Shown piece after piece: positions 56,306-63,937 of a DNA stretch of 64,000 nucleotides. A model generated the notes under the pieces. The model was not told the DNA's origin, ran no database searches, and worked only from the letters and a program-made list of their open reading frames with translations. Position 1 is the stretch's first letter, and each line of letters begins with the position of its first letter. The position numbers were made by a program, and so were the translations under genes. The DNA is taken from positions 213,445 through 277,444 of IMG/VR virus record IMGVR_UViG_3300034072_002211; one strand, 5' to 3'.

Positions 56306-56453
56306 GAGTGCGACGGGCAAGAGATCGTCTATGGATAGGAGCCTGCTGCTCTACCACCTGAGCTACCCGATCCAGCTTGCGGCCTTGACGGGGTGGGGAT
56401 CGAACCCACGACCTTCTGGTTAGTTAACCCACGGACTACGGCCCGTCGCACTC
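56306..56453 (-). ncRNA. Y RNA, YrlA-like with permuted tRNA domain
   Basis: 12-bp terminal stem, GGGCCG..GGGTTA..CTTG; T arm precedes D arm. Confidence 0.8.
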
Positions 56454-56505
56454 ACTATATGGCAGAACGGACGGCTTGTTGTCAAGCCGTCCGTTGAATG
56501 GACTC

Positions 56506-56568
56506 GAGAGCAAGTTGGTTAGCCTGGGGGTTCATCTTCAAAAGGATAACCCAAGCCATTCGGCTCTC
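56506..56568 (-). ncRNA. Y RNA, minimal Ro60-binding stem only
   Basis: GAGAGCCGAATGGCTTGGGTTATC..CAACTTGCTCTC. Confidence 0.75.
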
Positions 56569-56573
56569 AAGTT

Positions 56574-56649
<76 letters not shown>

Positions 56650-56702
56650 GTTGTGCCACCCTCTTAGACGAGGGCTGGTGGGGCGTCAACCGTTTTTCTT
56701 TG

Positions 56703-56785
56703 TAGGGGCGGAGAGATTCGAACTCTCAAAAACCACCGATTTTAAGCCGGCAGGGTGTTCCGGTTTCCCACTAGGTCACGCCCCC
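56703..56785 (-). tRNA. tRNA-Leu(UAA), atypical arms
   Basis: Loop CTTAAAA; long D region and short variable arm. Confidence 0.75.
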
Positions 56786-56788
56786 ATG

Positions 56789-57049
56789 TCAGTTAATGCA
56801 GAACCGCTTGGTTAAGCCGCGGTCCTCGAGGATCTCGACTTTGACGCCGCGATCCCGCATTCCCTGGATCATCCTGTCGAACTCATCGAACCGCTCCGAA
56901 ACAGCACGAGCCTTGAAGCAGTTGGGGCTCTCAGAATAAATTACCACGGGATGCAACTTCCTGCTTTGTTGTGCGTTCGTCAGCCCAATACGTGGTTTCA
57001 CGTAGTCGCGCAAGTCACTCGGATGAATTCTTTGGTTGTGCTTCCGCAA
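56789..57049 (-). CDS. hypothetical protein
   Basis: ORF. Confidence 0.55.
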   Translation of the reverse strand: MRKHNQRIHPSDLRDYVKPRIGLTNAQQSRKLHPVVIYSESPNCFKARAVSERFDEFDRMIQGMRDRGVKVEILEDRGLTKRFCIN

Positions 57050-57548
57050 TGACTTTGAGGAGCGCCTCTTCCATTAGCTGATTGAGCGTGATATCTCGAG
57101 CATGGGCCTGCTTGAACAGTTCAAGAAGAACATCATCTTCTAGATCCAACGGAATCTGGACCCGCTTATCGAAGTCCTCGTTCTTGAGCATCGCAACGCC
57201 CTTTTCCAGCAGGTCTTCAACAAGTTCCAGATCCACGTAGCTGAAGCCTTCCCAGGCTTCATCCTTGGCTACGTTGCGGCTCTCTGCTTCGTTGAAGATC
57301 GCATCCTTGTAATCAGGATTGATCCAACGGTAGGCATAGTCATGCTCAGAATCCAACTCGGTGGTCGCAGTGAGCTCGATGACTTCCTGAGTCTCGCGGT
57401 TGAAGACAATCTTCATAGCCGCAAAACCATTCACATAGCCAAGCACCTGGCCATTCTCATAAGAGCGCCACTGGTGCTCCCAAGCATCGTTGATCCGATA
57501 CTCGACGGCTTCCATGAACTGCTGAAGGATGCTCACACTAGACCTCAC
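57015..57548 (-). CDS. hypothetical protein with C-terminal RHH-like motif
   Basis: LFKQAHARDITLNQLMEEAL. Confidence 0.7.
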   Translation of the reverse strand: MRSSVSILQQFMEAVEYRINDAWEHQWRSYENGQVLGYVNGFAAMKIVFNRETQEVIELTATTELDSEHDYAYRWINPDYKDAIFNEAESRNVAKDEAWEGFSYVDLELVEDLLEKGVAMLKNEDFDKRVQIPLDLEDDVLLELFKQAHARDITLNQLMEEALLKVIAEAQPKNSSE

Positions 57549-58501
57549 TCTTGGGTTCGATCTAGTCCGCTCTCACTAGACTGCCGCTCACCAGAAGTCA
57601 ACCTACTTTCTGCGAATGCGATATACTGGTCATCTACGTCAAAGCCCAAGTAGCTGAGACCCTCAGCTTGAGCAGCTACCGCACTCGTTCCAGTGCCAAT
57701 GAAAGGGTCCAAGAGGGTGCCTGAGACACCCGAGAACTTGATAGCGCGTCTGACTAGCTCAACAGGAAAAGTTGCCGGATGAGTGCCCCTCTGGGCGCCA
57801 CGATCAGCAATCGTTTCGTATGGGATATACCACACGTTTCCTGGGCAATGAAGGTCCTCTACGGGCTTGGCCTTTGCGAGCTTGCGCGCGAGTGCGTCCT
57901 CGAGTTCTTGCTTCTCAGCGGGGCTCGCTGACGCATCAAAGGCGCGCTTGTTCTCGAAGCCCATCTTCTTGATCAGCTTGCCGCGCCAACGAGAACTCTT
58001 ATCCAAGTTGCCCTTGTCTGCGTAGGGAACGCCAATCGCCGTCTTCTGACATGGGACGTTGCCAGTCTTCGTGAAGTGGAAGAGATGCTCCCACGTGGGG
58101 TTCGCGAACCGCTGACTGTTGATGGGCTTATAATGACCCAACTGGACATCGTCGATCGCAATACTCTTGACCCACGTGAAGTTGTTCTGGAGGATCATGT
58201 GCTTGCGCGCAACATTCGCGACATCCATGCCCACCCATGGGTCCACGTTGCTGTAACCCATATTGAGGAAGAAGTGCCCCTCGGGTTTCAACACACGAGC
58301 AATCTGCCCAAAGATATCAGAGAGCCAAGCCAAATAGGCTTCACGTGGTTGATTGTCCTCGTAGGCACCATACTTGATATCGAGGTTATAGGGCGGGCTG
58401 GTCACGCAAATGTCAATGGACTCTACGTCGAGTGCCTTCATGCCCGCGAGGCAGTCCTGGTGGATGATCTTGTTCACCAGATAATTATGCCTAGAAGTCA
58501 T
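57545..58501 (-). CDS. N4-cytosine/N6-adenine DNA methyltransferase, beta class
   Basis: TSPPYN, HPATFP, DPFIGTGTS; start moved to ATG 58501. Confidence 0.9.
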   Translation of the reverse strand: MTSRHNYLVNKIIHQDCLAGMKALDVESIDICVTSPPYNLDIKYGAYEDNQPREAYLAWLSDIFGQIARVLKPEGHFFLNMGYSNVDPWVGMDVANVARKHMILQNNFTWVKSIAIDDVQLGHYKPINSQRFANPTWEHLFHFTKTGNVPCQKTAIGVPYADKGNLDKSSRWRGKLIKKMGFENKRAFDASASPAEKQELEDALARKLAKAKPVEDLHCPGNVWYIPYETIADRGAQRGTHPATFPVELVRRAIKFSGVSGTLLDPFIGTGTSAVAAQAEGLSYLGFDVDDQYIAFAESRLTSGERQSSESGLDRTQE

Positions 58502-58535
58502 GGAAAAAGCGGCACCAGCCGAAGCCAGTGCCACT

Positions 58536-58623
58536 TGGAGGATAGCGGGGAACTCGAATCCCAGTCCCTTGCGGGACCCAACCCGTTTCCAGCGGGTGCC
58601 GCACCCCGTGCGGTTCACTATCC
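58536..58623 (-). tRNA. tRNA-Ser(GGA)
   Basis: Loop CTGGAAA, long variable arm, CCA. Confidence 0.9.
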
Positions 58624-58624
58624 A

Positions 58625-58715
58625 TGGAGGAAGGCTGCGGTCTCGATCCGCAAGCGGCTCATCACCGCTCCAACTGGTTTCGAATCAGTGCCAGGCCCCG
58701 CCTGGTTAACCTTCC
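58625..58715 (-). tRNA. tRNA-Ser(CGA)
   Basis: Loop TTCGAAA, long variable arm, CCA. Confidence 0.9.
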
Positions 58716-58719
58716 ATGT

Positions 58720-58853
58720 ATTTGCGAGCAAGTTAAGGACTGGATGTTTTCGGTGCTACCACTACACTACAGGCCAGTTTCCCGACCTGCTGGGACTCGA
58801 ACCCAGCCTCGCTTTTTTCAAGAAAGATAACCCAAACCATTCGGCTCGCAAAT
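58720..58853 (-). ncRNA. Y RNA, YrlA-like
   Basis: CCGAATGGTTTGGGTTATC..AACTTG; permuted T-acceptor-D with loop-closed acceptor. Confidence 0.8.
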
Positions 58854-58858
58854 CTATT

Positions 58859-59009
58859 TAGTTGAGGGCAAGTTGCCGCCTGGAATCATTTCCGCCGCGT
58901 TTGCCAATTCCGCCACTCCCCGTCATGTGGTCGGGGAGCCAGGACTCGAACCTGGAAGACCTTAGTCAGCAGTTTCCATCAGATAACCCAAACTGTCGGC
59001 CCTCAACTA
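58859..59009 (-). ncRNA. Y RNA, YrlA-like with CCA-bearing permuted tRNA
   Basis: GGGCCGACAGTTTGGGTTATC; CTCCCCG-A-CCA-CATGA-CGGGGAG; CAACTTGCCC. Confidence 0.8.
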
Positions 59010-59012
59010 TTC

Positions 59013-59246
59013 TTACGCATCAGGATTCTTGTTAGCCTTGATAGCTTCAATCCTAGCATTCATCTGGGTTCGCATCTGAATCTTTTGGATCACAGTTGCT
59101 AGACCCTTGGGCATCTTGACTGTGTCTACATTACGAAGGGCACCAAAGAAGTCCCTTACGTCAGTAGCAAGCTCGTTGTGTTCAGCGCGAAGCTTCTCTA
59201 GCTCAGCACGAGTTTCAGCCAATTCTGCCTTCAAATTTTCATCCAT
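59013..59246 (-). CDS. small coiled-coil protein
   Basis: Heptad pattern. Confidence 0.6.
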   Translation of the reverse strand: MDENLKAELAETRAELEKLRAEHNELATDVRDFFGALRNVDTVKMPKGLATVIQKIQMRTQMNARIEAIKANKNPDA

Positions 59247-59272
59247 CGGGTTTTACCTCTGTTATTGGACGT

Positions 59273-59350
59273 TGGCGCCTCATACGGGATTCGAACCCGT
59301 GATCTCTACCGTGACAGGGTAGCGGGGACTCCAGACTCCCCTAATGAGAC
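59273..59350 (-). tRNA. tRNA-Asp(GUC)
   Basis: Loop CTGTCAC, G73, CCA. Confidence 0.9.
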
Positions 59351-59357
59351 GTGGGTG

Positions 59358-60290
59358 TCAGTCGAGCAAGCTGCTGACTGACTGCTCATCCGAGATGCGC
59401 TTGATTGCCTCTGCGAGCAATGGCGCCACGGTGAGCTGCCGGATCTTCTCCGCGCCGTGTTCCAGCGGGATGGTGTCCGTGATGACCAGTTCTTTGAGCG
59501 AACTATTGGCGACTCGTTCCAGAGCCTGCCCACTCAATACACCGTGGGTGCAGTATGCCGAAACGTCGCTTGCGCCAGCCTCTATGAGGGCCTTGGCAGC
59601 ATTGCAGAGCGTTCCCGCGCTGTCCACGATATCGTCGATGAGAATGCAGGACTTGCCCGAAACGTCACCGATGATGTTCATGACCTCCGACACACCGGCC
59701 TTTTCGCGGCGCTTGTCCACAATAGCAAGGGGTGCGTTCTCGAGGCGCTTTGCGAGCGCACGAGCCCGAACCACACCGCCAACGTCTGGGCTTACAACAC
59801 AAAGGTTGTCAATGACCATGCGGGCACGAATGTCTGCCGCGATCACTGGAGCAGCCGCGAGGTTGTCCGTGGGAATATCGAAGAAGCCCTGGATCTGACC
59901 AGCGTGGAGGTCGAGAGCCAACACACGATCCGCACCAGCAGCCGTGATCAAGTTGGCGACCAGCTTCGCGCTAATCGGCGTCCGAGGACCAGGCTTACGG
60001 TCTTGTCGAGCGTAGCCATAATAGGGAGTAACTGCCGTGATCCTGCGAGCCGAAGCGCGCTTGAGCGCATCGACGAGAACCAGGAGTTCCATGAGGTTGT
60101 CGTTGACCGGATTGCAGGTGCTCTGGAGGATGAATACATCCTCACCGCGCACGTTCTCCTTGATCTCCACGAAGATCTCTTCGTCTGCGAACCGACGAAC
60201 ACGGGCGTCAACGAGTGGAACCTCGAGATAGTCCGAGATGTTCTTTGCCAACTCTAGGTTGGCATTTCCGGCCAGCAGCTTCATCGTCAA
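59358..60290 (-). CDS. prs: ribose-phosphate pyrophosphokinase
   Basis: [38 protein letters not shown]. Confidence 0.97.
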   Translation of the reverse strand: MTMKLLAGNANLELAKNISDYLEVPLVDARVRRFADEEIFVEIKENVRGEDVFILQSTCNPVNDNLMELLVLVDALKRASARRITAVTPYYGYARQDRKPGPRTPISAKLVANLITAAGADRVLALDLHAGQIQGFFDIPTDNLAAAPVIAADIRARMVIDNLCVVSPDVGGVVRARALAKRLENAPLAIVDKRREKAGVSEVMNIIGDVSGKSCILIDDIVDSAGTLCNAAKALIEAGASDVSAYCTHGVLSGQALERVANSSLKELVITDTIPLEHGAEKIRQLTVAPLLAEAIKRISDEQSVSSLLD

Positions 60291-60339
60291 CTCCCTATTT
60301 GGAAGTTCTTTCTAGCAGCTGGTGTCCGGCTTATCAATA

Positions 60340-60482
60340 TTCAACGGGCAAGTTGCGAAAAGGATGTTTTTCGGCGTCCTAACCACTAGACGAACCCCGC
60401 ATAGATTTTGGAGCGGGGTATGGGATTCGAACCCATGTAACCGGCGTGATAAGCGATAACCCTCATCAGTCGGCCCGTTGAA
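60340..60482 (-). ncRNA. Y RNA, YrlA-like with CCA-bearing permuted tRNA
   Basis: GGGCCGACTGATGAGGGTTATC; ACCCCGC-T-CCA-AAATCTAT-GCGGGGT; CAACTTGCCC. Confidence 0.8.
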
Positions 60483-60484
60483 AC

Positions 60485-60673
60485 TTAGGCGGATTCCAGA
60501 CTGGTTTCTGGAATGCCGAGCATCTTCAATCCCACGTAGAAATTGTCGGTCTTTTCGATGACCTCAATGTCCCAGTGGGTATAGCGTTCGGTGTAGTGAC
60601 GTTGCGCGATGATCCGGCAAAGTGGTTTGCCATGTTGGCTTTTGAACCGCACTTCCTGATCTTCGCTAAACAT
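60485..60673 (-). CDS. small hypothetical protein
   Basis: GGAG RBS before ATG 60673. Confidence 0.55.
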   Translation of the reverse strand: MFSEDQEVRFKSQHGKPLCRIIAQRHYTERYTHWDIEVIEKTDNFYVGLKMLGIPETSLESA

Positions 60674-60723
60674 CAGCAACTCCTTTGTGGCCTTTATAGC
60701 CAGGAGGTTCACCGTTGTCAATG

Positions 60724-60791
60724 CGCTCCAGAGAGGATTCGAACCTCCAAAGGCCGCTTTAGGAGAGCAGCGTCCATCCATTGGCTGAAGC
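60724..60791 (-). tRNA. tRNA-Arg(CCU), truncated D arm
   Basis: Loop CTCCTAA; 68 nt. Confidence 0.75.
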
Positions 60792-60792
60792 A

Positions 60793-60869
60793 TGGCGTTC
60801 CCGAGACGACTCGAACGTCCGACCTTTACCTTCGCAGGGTAACGCTCTATCCAACTGAGCTACGGGAAC
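60793..60869 (-). tRNA. tRNA-Arg(GCG)
   Basis: Loop CTGCGAA, CCA. Confidence 0.9.
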
Positions 60870-60876
60870 ATGGAAG

Positions 60877-60988
60877 ACGACGAGCAAGTGGCGAAAGCCG
60901 ATTGCCCCCAAGGGCGCTTTCCCATAGGGTATATGGTGGGAAAGAGAGGAGTCGAACCTATGATAACGAATTTCAGTCGGCTCGTCGT
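60877..60988 (-). ncRNA. Y RNA, compact YrlA-like with CCA
   Basis: ACGACGAGCCGA..GTTATC; CTTTCCC-A-CCA-TATACCCTAT-GGGAAAG; CACTTGCTCGTCGT. Confidence 0.75.
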
Positions 60989-60991
60989 TTG

Positions 60992-61064
60992 TGGAGAATA
61001 TGGGAATCGAACCCATCGCAGCGATGGTGCGAGCATCGCCTGTGTAACACCCAGCACATTCCCC
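60992..61064 (-). tRNA. tRNA-Ala(CGC)
   Basis: G3-U70, loop CTCGCAC. Confidence 0.85.
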
Positions 61065-61071
61065 AGGAGAG

Positions 61072-61230
61072 TCAAGACCCAAGGCCGGCTTCCGCACTTC
61101 CGGCACCAACATGGAATCCGGCGTTCAGTGGCCGGCCCATCAGCCCAACAAGTCAATCACTAGCCTATGGGGCGAGGGGCCTAGAAACCCAGCCTTCTCC
61201 ACATATTCGGTCATGACCCCATGGGTCTTG
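61072..61230 (-). ncRNA. unassigned small structured RNA
   Basis: CAAGACCCA/TGGGTCTTG terminal stem between tRNAs. Confidence 0.4.
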
Positions 61231-61302
61231 GTGCTTCCACTGAGAATCGAACTCAGGTTTACGGGTTACGAATCCGTTGTCCTACCACTGAACGATAGAA
61301 GC
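61229..61302 (-). tRNA. tRNA-Thr(CGU)
   Basis: Loop TTCGTAA, CCA. Confidence 0.9.
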
Positions 61303-61303
61303 A

Positions 61304-61379
61304 TGGTGCCGGTGAAAGGACTCGAACCCTCAACCTTCTCCTTACAAGGGAGTTGCACTACCAATTGTGCTACACCGGC
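61304..61379 (-). tRNA. tRNA-Thr(UGU)
   Basis: Loop CTTGTAA, CCA. Confidence 0.95.
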
Positions 61380-61427
61380 AGGTTGTCCAAGGACTCAAAC
61401 AACAGTGCATCCGTGCTGTCAAGTCCT

Positions 61428-61503
61428 TGGTGCTCCCGGTAGGAGTCGAACCTACGACCTACGCCTTCGGAGGGCGGCGCTCTATCCACTGAGCTACGGA
61501 AGC
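61428..61503 (-). tRNA. tRNA-Arg(CCG)
   Basis: Loop CTCCGAA, CCA. Confidence 0.95.
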
Positions 61504-61504
61504 A

Positions 61505-61575
61505 TGGAGCCCCTACTAGGATTCGAACCTAGCCTCCAGCGTTCGAAGCGCCGGGTCCTGTCCACAGGCAGAGGC
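61505..61575 (-). tRNA. tRNA-Arg(UCG), short D arm
   Basis: Loop CTTCGAA, CCA; 71 nt. Confidence 0.8.
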
Positions 61576-61582
61576 AAGTTAG

Positions 61583-61657
61583 TGGTGACCCATACGAGAT
61601 TCGAACTCGTGTTAACGCCGTGAGAGGGCGTCGTCCTGACCACTAGACGAATGGGCC
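61583..61657 (-). tRNA. tRNA-Glu(CUC)
   Basis: Loop CTCTCAC, CCA. Confidence 0.95.
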
Positions 61658-61666
61658 GTTAGAGGG

Positions 61667-61936
61667 TTACGCGCTGGGCTTCTTGTCAGCGATTGCCTCA
61701 GTGGTCGCAAAGCGCAACAGGGCAGTCGTGATACCAACGAACGCAAAGATTGGACCATACCACGCATCAGGGATCACACCCTGCATCTGTGGCAAGTAGG
61801 TCTCTGCCGCACCGAAGACAGCAACAGCGCCACCGAACCAAATCGTCTTCGATTTAGCGGTTGCGATGAGCCAGTCCTTGGCGTTGAAGCCAAATGCTTT
61901 GAGCACTTCGAGGGCGGGAGCAACATTGTATGCCAT
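61667..61936 (-). CDS. holin-like membrane protein
   Basis: KSKTIWF followed by two TMs and a basic tail; TAAATA late promoter. Confidence 0.55.
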   Translation of the reverse strand: MAYNVAPALEVLKAFGFNAKDWLIATAKSKTIWFGGAVAVFGAAETYLPQMQGVIPDAWYGPIFAFVGITTALLRFATTEAIADKKPSA

Positions 61937-62225
61937 GGGAAATCCTCCTGGGGTTTCCCATATTTAGCTTGACCAGCGGGTTTCCACTCTTCCCGCACCA
62001 TCGCATGACAGTCCCAACATGAGCTCCGTCCCTCGTCCAAGGAGGGCAGCGACTACAGCACCAGCCCCTATAGCCAATACAGCGTAGGCTTGATCAAGCA
62101 ATTTCACTACCAGTAGGGATCCACATTTCCCTACACCGAAGAGCACCCGGTTTCGCTGACCCGACTTTAACCTGCTTTGCTCTTCACTTGCTCCAGGCGG
62201 TCAGTGCCTTGGCAGTAAATTAGAA

Positions 62226-62288
62226 CATGGGCAAGTTGGCAAGCTTGGGGTTCATCAAAGCAGGATAACCCAAGCCATTCGGCCCATG
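62226..62288 (-). ncRNA. Y RNA, minimal Ro60-binding stem only
   Basis: CATGGGCCGAATGGCTTGGGTTATC..CAACTTGCCCATG. Confidence 0.75.
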
Positions 62289-62291
62289 CGT

Positions 62292-62367
62292 TGGTTGCGG
62301 AGGTCGGATTTGAACCGACGTGCTTCTGGTTATGAGCCAGACGAGATAACCACTCCTCTACCCCGCG
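62292..62367 (-). tRNA. initiator tRNA-fMet(CAU)
   Basis: C1-A72 mismatch, loop CTCATAA, CCA. Confidence 0.9.
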
Positions 62368-62411
62368 TCAAAACTGTTAGTTGGGCTTGCGCTTTGCGTC
62401 AAGACCCTTTG

Positions 62412-62597
62412 TGGAGCCGAGGGGATTCGAACCCCCACAACGCGCTGACCCTAGCATTACCAAGGGCTGGTGTGTAGGTTCAAAGACTCGTCGCGAGCCT
62501 GTAAAAAATATCCCACACCATCTTACGCAGCTCGTCGGATTTTACTCCGAATCGCCCTGTCTTTTGCGACTGCCTGTCCCTCTAGGCGGACGGCCCC
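62412..62597 (-). ncRNA. minimal tmRNA-like RNA, 186 nt
   Basis: GGGGCCG/CGGCTCC-A acceptor with G3-U70, canonical T arm, internal reading frame DELRKMVWDIFYRLATSL-stop. Confidence 0.55.
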
Positions 62598-62605
62598 ATA
62601 GGTAT

Positions 62606-62681
62606 TGGTGCTAAGGGCGGGAATCGAACCCACTTCCTCCGATTTTCAGCCGGGTGCATTGACCACAGTTGCTTCCTTAGC
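62606..62681 (-). tRNA. tRNA-Phe(GAA)
   Basis: Loop CTGAAAA, CCA. Confidence 0.9.
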
Positions 62682-62682
62682 A

Positions 62683-62758
62683 TGGAGGCCCGAGTGGGAA
62701 TTGAACCCACATAGATCCGCTTTGCAGGCGGTCACAATGTCCACTCTGTCATCGGGCC
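62683..62758 (-). tRNA. tRNA-Cys(GCA)
   Basis: Loop CTGCAAA, U73, CCA. Confidence 0.95.
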
Positions 62759-62883
62759 GTGAAAACTTGCGTCTGACTACCACTACGTCAGAACCGGAGC
62801 GTCCGTCATTTGCAGCGACGAGAGCTACCAAGCACCATACTTTCGCCTGACGTTCATGACCGCCCTGCTAGGTATCAACAAGT

Positions 62884-62957
62884 TGGAGCGGGCGAAGGGA
62901 ATCGAACCCTCACTCTCAGCTTGGAAGGCTGATTCGCTACCATTACAACACGCCCGC
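62884..62957 (-). tRNA. tRNA-Gly(UCC)
   Basis: Loop CTTCCAA, U73, CCA. Confidence 0.95.
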
Positions 62958-63060
62958 AAAATGGCTCCCAATGGTCGGCCTTCCTAGGTGCCTTCCATGC
63001 TCCTCGTGCTCGAGATCAGACCATGCAAGCGCGAAGCATTGACAGTGGGTGGAGCCTCTG

Positions 63061-63134
63061 AGCGGGTAAGGGGAATCGAACCCCTCTCTTCACCATGGCA
63101 AGGTGACATAATCAGACCAATATACTATACCCGC
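63061..63134 (-). tRNA. tRNA-Gly(GCC)
   Basis: Loop TTGCCAT, U73; CCA not encoded. Confidence 0.85.
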
Positions 63135-63141
63135 ATGTTCA

Positions 63142-63421
63142 ATCTCGAAGATCCGTAGCCGCGATCCTGTTCTATGCTACAATCTACCTCGCCAGGATTT
63201 CTCCTGACGGCCTCGGCATTACCCGATGGAGACTTACTGCCTCCTGGCTGCACCAACCCGTCCCAATAGCAGGGGAATTACCTAGGACTGTTTGGCTTGC
63301 TGGCTTAATCACGGTGGTCTCTTCCCTTGTGTCGGGGTATCACCCCAACTCCCACTCGTTCCCCACGCCAGTCGCGAACTTCCTCAAAGCTTTCGCCCTG
63401 CTGTAGCTCGACCGTCGAGAT
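63142..63421 (-). ncRNA. rnpB: RNase P RNA with reduced specificity domain, 280 nt
   Basis: P1 ATCTCGA/TCGAGAT, P2 GCTACAG/TTGTAGC, P3 GAAA hairpin, CR-I GAGGAAGTTCGCGA pairing CR-V ACAGGATCGCGGCT as P4 with bulged U, P5 CTGGC/GCCAG, CR-IV CAGCAAG. Confidence 0.9.
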
Positions 63422-63495
63422 TGGTACACCCGGAGGGACTCGAACCCCCATGACTCGGTAATCGGCCGAGCGCCTTGCCATTAGACGACAGGTGT
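63422..63495 (-). tRNA. atypical tRNA, nominal anticodon GAU
   Basis: Cloverleaf with CCA; loop CCGATTA has C33 and U37. Confidence 0.7.
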
Positions 63496-63502
63496 ATGGT
63501 TT

Positions 63503-63682
63503 CAATTCGAGGACTGCGGTCCGGGTGCCCCACCTAGACTCCTCAGGCGACTCTACACTAGCACCGCTTCGTCAGCGGGCCCGGGACGCGACCACCGGCT
63601 CTCCCGAGTTCAAGTCGGGCATGTTGTTCAGCTAACCATGCGAGCAAGGAACAAAGTCCTTGGTGGCATCGCAGCCTCGAAT
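63503..63682 (-). ncRNA. 6S RNA-like
   Basis: ~180 nt closed by a CAATTCGAGG/CCTCGAATTG stem; GGTCGCGTCCCGGGCCCG resembles alphaproteobacterial 6S from memory. Confidence 0.5.
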
Positions 63683-63757
63683 TGGAGCGGGTAGGGGGAT
63701 TCGAACCCCCGACATTCACGTTGGCAACGTGACGCTCTACCACTGAGCTATACCCGC
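63683..63757 (-). tRNA. tRNA-Gly(GCC)
   Basis: Loop TTGCCAA, U73, CCA. Confidence 0.95.
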
Positions 63758-63797
63758 ATGAGTATCACATTACAGACTTTGGAACAGTCTGTCAATA

Positions 63798-63874
63798 TGG
63801 GGTGGCCAACGGGTCACGATCCCGTCCCTTCGGATTCACAGTCCGACATGCTCACCATTAACACAATGGCCACC
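63798..63874 (-). tRNA. tRNA-His(GUG)
   Basis: G-1/C73, loop CTGTGAA, CCA. Confidence 0.9.
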
Positions 63875-63937
63875 ATAAAGACCAGGCAGTTAGCTTCAAT
63901 GCTCGTTAACGGCGAGTTGCAGCCGTCACCTGGTTTG

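Noticed and set aside
56295-56357. N-terminal extension of ORF 55911..56357
   Set aside because: Overlaps a Y RNA
58502-58618. N-terminal extension of the MTase ORF
   Set aside because: Overlaps tRNA-Ser(GGA); the likely start is ATG 58501
59358-60290. NARP1 Adps
   Set aside because: The sequence looks like canonical Prs and no Namat/Nampt partner is in the window
60355-60470. Hammerhead ribozyme (CTGATGAG ... CGAAA on the minus strand)
   Set aside because: Stems I and III and the NUH site cannot form; the other six Y RNA copies lack CTGATGA, so it is a chance variant of the Y stem
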